Shown piece after piece: positions 47,737 through 58,890 of a stretch of 64,000 nt of DNA. A program made the position numbers and the translations under genes. Source of the stretch: Euglena gracilis. Lineage: Eukaryota. The stretch spans positions 19,578,642 to 19,642,641 of the forward strand of contig CP154954.1 in assembly GCA_039621445.1 (NCBI GenBank). Direction: 5' to 3'. The notes under the pieces are model-generated. The model was not told the DNA's origin, ran no database searches, and worked only from the letters and a program-made list of their open reading frames with translations. Position 1 is the first letter of the stretch, and every line of letters starts with the position of its first letter.

Positions 47737-49842
47737 TCAATGAACGCACCGCCATTCGGGCTTCATTAAATTCCCCTTCCGAGGTCTCATCCCCCTCCCT
47801 GCCCGAATCGGGGTGTCCTCCTCCAAACAAGAAATCTTGAAACCGACTTTTCGCCGGTTGGAGGAGTTACCACGGTCCTCGCGGCGCTTACCGCGATTTC
47901 CGTAGCCGGGCCGGGGGGAACGAGATCTGGGACATTTGGATGAGTGGTGGTCCTTGGAACCGCAAAGTGAACAACGGGATTTGTGGCGGGATTCCGCATA
48001 ACGGGGGGAACAGTATTCCGTTCTTCCGTCATACCGTCGTGGTGAACAGATTTCCCGTCGACCATGACCGGTGTACCGGGGTTTCCCCGGTGACTCGCGC
48101 GAAGAGGATGATCCACTTCGTGAACGAGATTGTGAAGAATCGCGATTGAAATACCGTTTTCGGGTAGGAGGGTCAGGTGACTGACCGCGAGAAGGACGAG
48201 TTTCCCGACCATCAAGCGATGGTGACTTTGGCCTACTACCGGTTCTAAAGCGGTTCTCCGAAGAACGTGAAACTCCCGATTGACGTGAAAACGCCGAGGA
48301 ACCCGATCCCCGTGAGGAGGTCGAGCCCCTTGGGCTTCCAATACGCTTTCGCGCATCGGGATTCGGGCATTCCCGAGACATGTGACCAGATTTGTTGCAC
48401 AAAAAGCACAGTTTATCCGTGCCTTGGTCCGAAGAACGCTGATTCCGCGTTTTTGGTCCCGTGGTGGGTGATCTTGGTGACATGGGGGATTTTTGCAACG
48501 CATTAACCGCACCCGCAGGGATTCTCGCGGTGGGATGCGTTTGAAAAGCGGACTGTATTTGTCCCAAAACTTGTGTAAACTTGAGTTGCTTTGACACATA
48601 ATTACAACGTTGGGCAAGAGTCATCTCATGCCTCGCCAACTCCTTCACGAGGGATGGAGTGAAATGCAACAAAACCGCATGGAATTGTTCGCGCATTTGC
48701 TTCTCGCTAAGTTCATCAACTTCGGAAGCAAGTGCTAACCATTTGGCATACCAAAGGTCAATGGATTTCCATTTGCGATCCGATGGCGCGCTTTGTCGCC
48801 ATTTTTTCTCCAGGGTAATCCTGGTGACCAAGCTTGAGTTGGTTGAAGCATATTGCTCAACCAGGTCATCGAATGATACGCCATTACGTATCACCAAATT
48901 GCGTGCGCGTTCTCGCTCCTCCCTCGGTAGGCAATCGATGAATTCAATCTTGACTACCTCGGGATTCGGGTCTTGGGTGGGACCCTTTAGTGCCCAGTAG
49001 TACTCCCAGTCCCGAAAAAATTGTCTCCATGTGGTTGGATCCCCGTCCCATTGGGGTTTCACCTTGTTCGCGACTGCGATGGTGCCCTTGAAGTCTCTCT
49101 GAATAACCCGCCGACCCTCGGTGGTATTCCAGGGGTTTGGGTCCGGGTAATTCTTAACACCAAACGCGTTTCGCGAATTTTCCGCTCCATGTGTACCCCG
49201 TGCAGTATTTCCCGCACCAAGTGTAGGGGTGGCAGGATTTTCCTGCGGGATTTGCGAAAAATGTGGTGAAATTCTCCCGGTGGGGTGGGTTTCCCGCCGA
49301 AAACCCAATGGGTGATCTGGTATTCCAGAACCCGTTGGTGGTTGGTATGATCGCGAATGCGATACATGACCAATACCAGGTGTGGGGTGTTGGCTCATTC
49401 CTCGTACAAGGTTGGAATGTTGAACTTCTTGGTGGAGACTCGAATTTTCGAGCGGTGGATCAATTTCCCCATCAGAAATGTCCTGTGAAAAAGGGGTTTG
49501 TGGTGTGGGCAAATGCAAAGGTGGTACATTTCGCGTTTTCGCGGGATTTTGCACCAAATTTGTGGTGGATGTAGGGATTCCTACTCCAGAAATGGTAATT
49601 TGAGAACGTGATTCCGGGACATTTGGAATACCAACCGCAGCGCTTACGGCGGTGGGTGGTGGCACAACCGGTACCGGAGTGGACATTTTATCCAAACTCG
49701 CGGACAAGTCATGCACCGTTTCTTCCAAATGTTCCACCAACTGGAGTTTGCCGCAAATACGGTCAACCTCAGTCTCCAAAAGCCTAATGCGTTTGCGGTA
49801 ACGGGAAAAGTCTTCCAAGTGTGGCAACTTTTCAGAAATCAA
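47737..49842 (-). CDS. gag: Gag with two CCHC zinc knuckles and an RS-rich region
   Basis: CFLCNKSGHMSREC and CSLCGSKDHHSSKC; capsid-like PQWDGDPTTWRQF. Confidence 0.85.
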   Translation of the reverse strand: MISEKLPHLEDFSRYRKRIRLLETEVDRICGKLQLVEHLEETVHDLSASLDKMSTPVPVVPPPTAVSAAVGIPNVPESRSQITISGVGIPTSTTNLVQNPAKTRNVPPLHLPTPQTPFSQDISDGEIDPPLENSSLHQEVQHSNLVRGMSQHPTPGIGHVSHSRSYQPPTGSGIPDHPLGFRRETHPTGRISPHFSQIPQENPATPTLGAGNTARGTHGAENSRNAFGVKNYPDPNPWNTTEGRRVIQRDFKGTIAVANKVKPQWDGDPTTWRQFFRDWEYYWALKGPTQDPNPEVVKIEFIDCLPREERERARNLVIRNGVSFDDLVEQYASTNSSLVTRITLEKKWRQSAPSDRKWKSIDLWYAKWLALASEVDELSEKQMREQFHAVLLHFTPSLVKELARHEMTLAQRCNYVSKQLKFTQVLGQIQSAFQTHPTARIPAGAVNALQKSPMSPRSPTTGPKTRNQRSSDQGTDKLCFLCNKSGHMSRECPNPDARKRIGSPRGSTSSRGSGSSAFSRQSGVSRSSENRFRTGSRPKSPSLDGRETRPSRGQSPDPPTRKRYFNRDSSQSRSRSGSSSSRESPGKPRYTGHGRREICSPRRYDGRTEYCSPRYAESRHKSRCSLCGSKDHHSSKCPRSRSPRPGYGNRGKRREDRGNSSNRRKVGFKISCLEEDTPIRAGRGMRPRKGNLMKPEWRCVH

Positions 49843-49845
49843 GTG

Positions 49846-51172
49846 TCAGTCTTGGACAAGTTGTCCTTGGGACTCCTCCACATTCCGGACATTCCGGAGT
49901 TGACCCGCAACCGCTTTTACTGCATTTGAGACAATTTGCAATTGGTGGGGTATCTTGCTGGGGGTTTCCGCGGTGGTGCGTGAATTTTCCGTGGTTGGCT
50001 TTTCCAACAACGCAGAAATTCGTCCATCCACCCGTGAAACCTCATCTTCCATGGATCAGGCATTCCGATTCACAGATTCCTCAAGTTGGATCAAACTCGT
50101 TCAGAATGCTTGCAAGGTTTCCTTGTTGTCACCAAGCATTTTGTCATAAAATGAGCGAAATTCCGGTGACTCGGATATCCTAGCGCGCGAAACATTGGGA
50201 AGTGCGCGAATTTCCGCTAATGTGGTGGACAACAAGGTACAACGGGTTTGCAATTCCCCAATAGATGCAAAATCTGTTGTTGGGCTTCTTGGAAAGAAGT
50301 GGTGAGTGCGGCAAAATGCTCAACCGCGACAAAGTTACCGATTTCCGGCATTTTGGGGGTGGCATTTTGCGCGTGTAACTGTTGCTGCAATTGCAGTGGC
50401 ATTGTTGAACAAGATTACACTTTGGCAAAAAGATGGCTCATACCATCTTGCACATGCAGAAACTTGGAATCATTCCGCGTTTCCGCTTCATGCAGTGTTT
50501 CACTGATTTGTTGGAAATTCTGTGGAAGTTGGATGCGCAAAATACTGTCAACACTTTCTCGAAAATGCTGAAGGTCTTTCCCCGCATTTTCAAAATTGTG
50601 TTGGAAATATTTGCCGATTTCCTGCAAATAATTCCAGCAATATTCCAGTTTGGTGTTGACAACCCTTTGATTGTCCTCATCAAACTGCAAAACCTTGTTG
50701 AGCATGGTTGCACATTCCGCAACGCATTGGTGGACATGCAAAATTTGCTTGCTCGGCGGGTGATCCGCTGGAAGTTGACCGAGAATTCGGAAAACATCAC
50801 CGGGGGTGAGGTTATCCCTCAAATCATCCTCATAGTCCTCCACAATGGACACGGTACCAGAGATTTACGGTACCACCAGACGGTTCCATGGCAAAGCAGG
50901 GAAAACCGCAGTTTCCGCGGGTAATCCCGGCAATGCGCGAAATGGTGTGGGGGGTGGTAATTGAGGGGGGGGGGGTTGGAAAAAACACGGTGTTTCCACC
51001 GAGGTGCACTCCAAAAGGCCCACCGGTGCTTCCACCGGGGATCTTTTGGGTGTGAACAGAGCAAAGGGCACATACCCCTCACTTTGTTCATGGGTGACAT
51101 GGCTAACCAAGTGTAAGCGGGGTTTATCCCCACTATCCTTGTGATCAAAATGGGCTTGGGCAAGGGGATCAT
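49846..51172 (-). pseudogene. Frameshifted coiled-coil-rich 5' extension of gag (or ORF0)
   Basis: Consecutive same-strand ORF pieces (50415-50852, 49846-50052) with heptad-like composition lead into gag. Confidence 0.5.
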
Positions 51173-51713
51173 CCCCTCGCCGCATCAATGTGGGTGAACC
51201 GGGATGGAGGTAGGCATTTTTCCACCCACATCCCGCGCAATCAATGACAATGATGATGAAGAGAGTTCATTACCCCCTTGCAACAATAATGGCATTTCAC
51301 CTTGTGACAATGACAATTGATGCAATGTGTCTTCTTGTTGCTTGGGGGGTCGGGAATTGGAACTTGTTTCAATCGAATCGTTCCAATCCCCGCAATCTTC
51401 ATCAAGATTGGTCAATGAAATCATCAACAAGTCATAATCAAATTTGTGGTTGGGGGTTGTGCACTGCATCTTTTGAGATGTGTAAAAAGGCAAAAACCCA
51501 AAAATTCACACAAATAAGCAGTGAAAAAGGGACCAGAAAGGTTGTATCGGCGAATACCGAACAGAGCCTCCTGAGACCTGTATCAGTGCTTAAAGGTTAG
51601 CCAGGGGCCAGGAACAGCACTTTCACCGTGTTTCACGGCTCAGTACGATCCTCACCACCAGTCAACCGCAGAGATTCTCTATGTAGAACGACTGTGTAGG
51701 CTCGTTGCCTAAA

Positions 51714-51723
51714 TCTGCTACCA
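51714..51723 (-). promoter_or_regulatory. Primer binding site TGGTAGCAGA (initiator tRNA-Met type)
   Basis: Immediately 3' of the 5' LTR; complementary to a ...UCUGCUACCA tRNA 3' end typical of eukaryotic tRNA-iMet. Confidence 0.8.
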
Positions 51724-52128
51724 AGTGTACGTCCAAGGACTTCCCTTTGACCCTTTTCGCCCCGAAAAAGCCTGTTTTGCTTTTGTGCGCACCTACTTAG
51801 GTGAGTAAAAAATCCTTGGAGTAACAAACCCTTTTTCCCAATTCCCCTATGCTAAGGCAGAGCACAAAGCAAGTCGCTGTGAAAGGATTTTCCTTCACAG
51901 TCGTGTTCAGTATTTTCAGAGGGTTATCCTCTTACTTCAAAACAGTCAGAATGTGAAGAATAGAATACCACTGTGGGGAAAAGAGATCACGCGAGCACGT
52001 GTGATACGTGTCGCTAATTCCCATACGATCTGCCACGATCGTCAGGCTGTGTTCATCACAGCCGTCAGATTGTGACGTATCCTGACTCTGCAGGTTTCCT
52101 ACAGAGCTGGGATCGTGCCTGGTACACA
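51724..52128 (-). repeat. 5' LTR
   Basis: Near-identical direct repeat of 35846-36257. Confidence 0.95.
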
Positions 52129-52133
52129 AAAAG

Positions 52134-53600
52134 TTGTCCTGGTTTAAAGCCATTCTTGCAGAAAAATTGCCAGCATCCTAGGGCAGATACAGATACGATC
52201 ATATCATGCCCTTCCTTTTTTAAGGCTGGTCACACAAGAATTACTAAATTCAGCCAGTTGAACGCCACCATGGGCTGGTATTTTGCAGTACCCAAACCCT
52301 CCCAGCTGAAGGTTGAAATCAAGAACCTCAAAAGATTTTCTGGTGCCAGTGGCAGGTTGACCATTTTTAAAAACACCCAAACATGTGCTGTACTCAGATT
52401 CATCCACCTGGGCCTGGGTGGGGGGGGGTGGACAGCACACAAAAGTTGTTCATCCATCAGTTTTGGAGGTAGCAAAGTTTGCTCCCCATATATGTAAAGG
52501 AATTCACTGCTGCAGTAAACACTGTAAAAGCCTTTGCAAAAAAGGCGGAGACTGTCCTAAAAAAAAGTGGACAGTCAGGTAGCACTCAGCTACCTGCAGA
52601 AATTGGGGGGGGAGAAAGAGCACCCAAACACAATTTTACATCCCCTTTTCAAGTGGTGCTGGGAAAGCAAAATTCAGCTCCAGGTCCAGTGGGTTCTCTC
52701 AGAAATATGGTGGCAGACCCCCTGACAAGGTTGTCACAAGACAGGGGTGATTATATACGAAACCCCATCATCTGTCCAAAAAATTGCAGATATTTTCCAA
52801 AACACATCACCCCCTTAGTGGACATGTTTGCATCCCCGGGGAACACAAAGTTCCCAAAGTTTTGCTTCAGATGGCCTCACCACCAGGTTTTTTTGGTGGA
52901 TGCTCAAAACTGCAGCCTGGATGGGGTAGAGGAAGTGTATGCCAACCCCCCTTGGAAAGTCATAATTCCCTGGCTCATCAAACTTTCCCTGAACAAACAG
53001 GTCAAATGCCTTTTAATAACCTCCATGTGCGTTTCAAGTGCATGGTGGCGCCTATTAACAAAAATGGGGTGTAAATGTTAGTGGTTCCCCCTGCCAATGG
53101 ATGTTCACAAATTGCTGGGGAGAATCAATGCCCAGGCCAAAATGGCCCCTAGCCTGAAGCATTTTTCAGGTTCCTTTTGGAACAGCAAATAATGTCAACT
53201 CACAAATTGACATAATCTTAAAAAGTAACTCTACTTTAATGAGATATGAAAGGGCCTTCAAAAAATTGTACGTGCTGCTGCAGGACAAGGGTCTGGACCC
53301 CCTGCAGGCCACCACCTTGGACATTGTGTCCAGCATCCTGGAGCTGCACAAGCTGTCGAGTGCTGAGGCCAGAAACGCTTTATTTGCTGTCACATCACTT
53401 CCTGGTTTCCACCATGTTTCTTTTCACCCTCTGCTGAAGATTGTCAGATCCTGTTGGAACAAAAATGTGCAGTGCAACCTTTTGAGTCCCTTACCCATCT
53501 TACGAAACGTTGGGGAGGGGAGTCCACTGGAAATTATCTCCACCAGTTTGTTCAGACTCAGAATCACTCTGTTGTCCAGACTTTTGGCCTTACACAGAGG
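52134..53600 (+). mobile_element. DIRS-like element 1, 3' half: RNase H, Dam-like methylase, N-terminal tyrosine recombinase (truncated)
   Basis: SCRKIASILGQI, YSDSSTWAW, YVKEFTAA, ADPLTR (RNase H). VDMFASPGN...YANPPW (N6-adenine methylase-like). RYERAFK...LLALHRG (YR up to the first catalytic Arg). Confidence 0.88.
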
Positions 53601-55450
53601 AATTGTAATTCCTCTACTGCTGAAGCCTCCGAATGGGGCCACCTGGCCACAAATTTGGGCAGTTTTTTGTTGCCCGGTGAAGCAAATAAACCTGTTTTAG
53701 CTGAATGTACTTTTTGAAGTGCTGTTGAAGTCAGCGAAAACAGTAGGGGGTCTAGTGAGTAATCCCCCCTGTCCATTTCCTATCTGCGGATGGGGTCCGC
53801 TAGACGTTCGACTTATGTTGTGCTCCATGCATCATTTAAAAGAGGGCCTTAGAACTTTGTTGAAGGGGTCTTTTCTGCCGCCCCCATGCTGTTTCTAGGT
53901 AATACTAAATCACCTGATTTCCACTGAAACGGACACAGTTTCCCCTGGCTTGCTTAAACTTTTCATTTTGTTGACTGCTCCATGCAATTCTTTGACATTT
54001 ATATGCAAAATGGATCTTTCTGTCCAAAAAACTCGTGGACAGTATTTCCAGTATGGTTGTCTAGCCCCCCCTCCACGCATGGGTGCTGCTGTTGAGTGTA
54101 ATTCCCTGGTTGCATTTTGGGGGAAGGGTCTGCTCCCCAGGTGTCTAGCCTAATGTTTATCTCCCGTAATTGGCCATTTTTTTCTGGGGAAATGTGATGT
54201 TTTGAGTCCCAGGGGCTCCAGAGTGTGTAGCCAAGAATTTTGCCAGGGAATCTGTGAATTCCCTCAAAAATGGAAGGGCGATTAAAATTGCATCTTATTT
54301 GACCCAATATGGCAACTACCTGCCTCTTTAACATGTAATCCTTTTTAACGATTTTCCCCAGTTCATTTTTTATAGTCTTTACTTTTTGCGGGGACCACCT
54401 GTAATCTTCCTTCTTGAAAGTTCAGTTGAAATCCCAGATGACTTACAGTCTGTCTGGGGTGCAGGGTTGACTTTTTGACATTGATTTTGAAACATGAGCT
54501 TAGTAAATCCTTGACCGCTGTGTTCAGATGACTTTTGAAATTGCTTTGGGTGGGGGCCACCAGCAGAACGTCGTCCAGGTAAATGAATACCTGAATTCCG
54601 TTTTTATTCCAAAGCTTTTCGAAAGTTTTCATAACCCCCATGAAAATTTGGGGCATAACATTTAGGCCAAAACAGCCTGCCTGGAATTCCCAGCTCTTCC
54701 CCCCCCCTACCTGATGTCTCAAAAATGGTCTTAGGGCTGGGCTTACAGGGATGTGAAAATACGCACCCTTGAGATCCATTTTGGCGGCCGAGTGGCCTTT
54801 TTGCAAAACTGGAAAAATGTGCTGGATATGATCCAGCTTGAACGTTTTCACTGGGAAATGTTGATTGATTTCCCTGCAGTCGCTTATCCTTCTCCATTTT
54901 ATTGTTCCCCCATCCGGTTTTGATATTAAGCGCCATGGTATTAAGTGCTGAGTGTCTGAATTCCCCACTCTCTTTACTGAACTAGTTTTTTCGTAGCACA
55001 GAAGGATTTTCTCTGCCCGTTTCAGGTATAAATTGGCTCTGGGTTTTTGGTGGGTGGACAAATTTGGGTGCCTTACTCATGGGGGTTTGATGCCATCTTT
55101 GATTAGTTGACATCGGGGGCATTTTTCTGCCACCACTGCAGGCCTTTTTGAAGCCTCTGGTGTAGGGGGGTGTCTGCCCATTTCCCATCCATGGAATTTA
55201 TTTCCCCGATCAGGGGATTTTCTGGGAGTTGGTAAGAGGGTGTTGGTCATTTCACCCTTGTTTGAGCATTTTAAAAAAGACAGAGGGGGTGTGTGCATGC
55301 ACTCTCTCCCTCTCTGCTCAACGACTCTCTGGTCCTCCAGTTTGTTCTCGGTGTTGTCAGATGACATACCATAGGGGGGCCCTTGAGGGTCCCCCCCCTT
55401 TTTTTGATCTTCCCCTGCCATGGGCGTGAAAAAATGATCCGGGGGGTTGG
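53600..55450 (-). mobile_element. DIRS-like element 2 (decayed): RT, RNase H, start of methylase
   Basis: ORF 54363-55061 with ISDCREIN, MDLKGAYFH, CFGL, YLDDVLL, SHLGF. DRGDYSL...LFASPGNKKLPKFVARWPH at 53600-53776. Confidence 0.88.
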
Positions 55451-57108
55451 CCCACTATTACTCCACTGCCCCTCTTGTTCATCCTCCTGGGGCTGTGATG
55501 TGTGTGTGTGAACTGATGAGGAGTGCACATTAGCTTCTGGGTGGCCAGTGTTGGACCACCCCTTTGGAATTGCAGATGATTCTGGCCTTGCTGGTCTTGT
55601 GAATGAAACTGGCCTCCATTACCTTTGATATAATTCTGGCCTCCATTGCCTTGGATATAATTCTGGCTTCAATGGCCCTGGTAGCTTTTGCTTGGTCTCT
55701 AGCTCCTTTTGAAATTTAAGAGGGCTGCTGTGCCCCACCCCTTCCCCTTAAGAGGGGTTGTTGTGCTAGAAAAATTGGGGGATTTGACAGACCTTTTCTG
55801 CCCCTTCCTGTGGGGAGTTGTTTGTGGAATTGGCCCCATGGCCACCACCTTGTCCTTGATTATATCTTCCCCACTTTTGTTGGAAATGTGTCCTTGTAGC
55901 TGGGTGGCATTGTTGGTATTGCCTTCGGCATCTTCTGGGTTTCTGCTGTCCCATCTTGCCTGGTGTTCTGGCCCCAACGCCCAGGTCTTTCTGCCCGTAT
56001 TGGGCTGGGGGTTCCTTATTCCTCCTGGCCTTTCTGACCACTGTTGTCCACAGTCCGTGGCCGCGATTGGGGGGAGGTATTTTGCTGGGAAATTTCTGAC
56101 GCTGCGGAAACATGCTCCTGCAAACCGACAACGGTGGCATTAATACCGCCAATGTCCGTTTGCATTTGTTGTTGCGCGAAATCCAACCGTTGTGCGCAAT
56201 CCGCGATTTTCGCGTTCAAGGAGGTTAATCCATCCTGATTTGCGACACAGTGGCAGGATTTTTGCTCCAGGTGTAAAATTCGTTCCTCCAAAAGCTGGAT
56301 TTGTGTATGGGGAACAAAAGTTTCTTGCACTTTCGCCTGAAATTGCTTCAAGTGCTCGATTTCCGAGCAAAGATGACCACAGTTCGTCACGTTTCTTCCG
56401 CACCTCCAGGTTCTCCAGCTGCTGTGGCGACTGCTGCGCCGGGTAGTTCACATCGACCGTAAAAGTCGAATTTTTTCTCCACAGCATTGTTCATTGAAGT
56501 CAATTTGAAATTGTAAATTGTAAAGTGCTGTCAAAATTATTTTGGCAAGTTTACGCCCAAAGGGGCAAAGCAAAGAGTTCCAGACACCTTGGGCTCGGCA
56601 CTTGTCCCTTGTGAGGCCATGCCTTGGTCGCCGGGAAAAAAGGCACAAGGTCTTTGTGCTTCGCCCTCGGTGTCCCTTCCTCCCTTGTCGTTTTGCCTCG
56701 GGGAGTACGAGAATCCACATTTCTGTTTGGCACACGAAAGCGCAGGACATTTCGGTGCCCACAAAGGTTTTTTTGCTCCCTTAAAAGTTCTTTTGAAGTT
56801 CCTCTTGGCCGTTTGGATTCCTTTGAAGCACAGTCGTCATTTAAATCCAGCACTATGACCGTCGTATTTTCAGGTCTTCCTGTAATAATTCCAACTGAAT
56901 TCGTGGAGTTGAGTTTTTTCCCTCTTTTCAGTCGAAGGCCAGAGACAGGGGTCGACGGCATAGCACACACCGACCGCACATCAGAGCATAGCAACCGGCA
57001 AAGGCCGCAGGGCCCAGCATCTCGAAGTGCGGGGCCCGACTGGTCGGTTTTTTTTGCGCCCCGAAGCGCGGCTGGCCCTCCAACCCAGGCGCATTGAAAC
57101 TCCGTTCC

Positions 57109-57462
57109 GGACTCTGGTGAAGAATGATCCAGGAGGAAGGGACAGCGAAGGCGGAGCACAAGACAACAGTGAGGTCCTGCTCTTCTTTCCGGCGGTTTTT
57201 TTTTGGGTTTTTGGTGTTGGTTGTGGTGTTTCTTACTGCGATGAGATGTCGGAAGGCGGACTCGGAGATGTTGTCGGACTTCTCGGCGGCTGGCGGCGGT
57301 GGGTTGCTGGCCTGTCTGTGGGTGAATTGAAATTTCTTGGTGGGGGGGCCTGACCGACTTTTTTGTTCTCTTTCGGGTCAGGGGGGGGGGGGGCGGGCTC
57401 ACTGTTGTCTTGTGCTCCGCCTTTGCTGTCCCTTCCTCCTGGATCATTCTTCACCGGAGTCC
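57109..57462. repeat. 65-bp inverted repeat (57109-57173 / 57398-57462), probable DIRS ICR/terminal pair
   Basis: Arms differ at 2 positions; 224-bp spacer; located just past the YR catalytic Tyr. Confidence 0.85.
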
Positions 57463-57499
57463 GAGACAGCCCCGGCTCCGCACAAGACCCCAGTGAGGC

Positions 57500-58400
57500 T
57501 TTGTGCACCATTTTTTGGACAGCAACCCCCGCCTTTTTTCCTGCTTCCAACCGCAAGTAATGGGAAGAAAAGGCCTGCACATTTTTCCACTTCCCAATTT
57601 TGCACACTTCCTCAGAAGACAAACCTGCCAGTTTATACATGTACACTCCCGCCCCCCTTGTGGAGTGGGGGGCCCATTGGGGGGGTACCCCGTGCTTATC
57701 CAACAATCGTTTTGTCAAACTCCCAATGATTTTGGCAGACAGGGGGTAAAGGGAGGTTTTAAACTTAATAATAATTGTCCCCTGGGGGGGGGCACAGTGA
57801 GATGTCAAACTGACATATTTTTTCATGTTGAACCAGGGGCAAATATTGTGACGTGAAGGCATTTGGGGGATTTCCTCTCACTGAGTCTGTCTCCAACCCT
57901 TTCTTCTGACCAGGACAAAGACCTTGCCATCAACCTGGGACACTGTCCTGAAGGTTCTGCTCAAGTCCACTGATCGAAGCAAACAGATGAGTCTGAAACT
58001 TAAAATGACTTGGTCCCTCAGGTCACTGAGGCACTCTGGGGGAGGTGCTGCTGCCAACTACTGAAGTAATTATTCAGGATTCCAAATGGAAGGATACCTA
58101 GGGGTGGATGTGTTCCACTGTCTTTTGTAGGGGGCCAACAGGGGTAAAAACCTTAACATGTGAAAACCAGTAAGCTGGACCACAGCACTATAAGCATTCC
58201 TGGCCTGGGCGACACTGAAGGTGAAACATTTTATGATGCCAGAAGCGACTAGTTCTGGGCTTATTGTGTTGAGGTCCAGCTGGGACATGGTCAAAACGCC
58301 CCACAGGAGCCTGAAGGCATAGTCATATCTCGCCAAGGAAAGATTGTGACTTAAGAAATTGTCCACCACTGAGGGGGGGATATGTTGCTTCTGTAACAAC
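57500..58400 (-). pseudogene. Tyrosine recombinase of DIRS-like element 3 (frameshifted)
   Basis: Catalytic R (LLRSVDL, ~57975), HSTR, G-x-W and Y (SSHYLR) in the expected order. Confidence 0.88.
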
Positions 58401-58574
58401 TGACTGACAATAAACTGCAGGCCAGGTGCCACCTTGGGGTTTTCATGGGCTGCCCATGACGATTCTCGAACATGTGGTGGCAAGACAGAATTCTTAGGGC
58501 TGGTGTGATCACAAACTTCCTCAGTTTGTGAGTCGATGGCCCCATTTTCAGGCAGTGTGTTTACGTTGGTTGTT

Positions 58575-58890
58575 ACCACCCGCCGTTGGACGGCCACGGG
58601 GCAGCTCATACTACTTGCCGTGGCTCGTCCTCAGGCGGGGAACTGCGCACATGGTCCGGCCAACCAGTGTCTCGTCCATTTGCGCAATTGCGCGCGCCGA
58701 ACGATCCCCGCGGTATGCCCTCTGCCCGTACGGGATCGTTCAGGACTCACACGGCGGGACCTGGGTCTCGAACGCACAACCTCCCGCGTGTGAGCCCAGC
58801 ACTTACCGAATAAGCTACTCGAGCGATACTCGGCTTGGTACTACGTGCCGGCTACCAACCTCCGTAGGATCTCCCGTTTGCCGCACACAC
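58575..58890 (-). mobile_element. tRNA-derived SINE-like structured insert
   Basis: Minus strand 58824-58746 has A box TAGCTTATTCGG and B box GTTCGAGAC at tRNA-like spacing but no proper cloverleaf. It is GC-rich and foreign to the flanking DIRS sequence. Confidence 0.55.

Larger units (their letters stand above)
35846..52128 (-). mobile_element. Full-length-sized Ty3/Gypsy LTR retrotransposon with chromodomain (16.3 kb)
   Basis: Two ~410-bp LTRs, 5-bp TSD aaaag (35841-35845 and 52129-52133), PBS, PPT, and order gag-PR-RT-RH-IN-chromodomain on the minus strand. Confidence 0.93.

Noticed and set aside
52740-53160. Bacterial or phage restriction-modification gene or contamination
   Set aside because: The methylase sits between RNase H and YR, the normal DIRS arrangement.
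58746-58824. Functional tRNA-Val(CAC) gene
   Set aside because: A and B boxes are present, but the acceptor and anticodon stems do not pair; treated as a tRNA-derived repeat.
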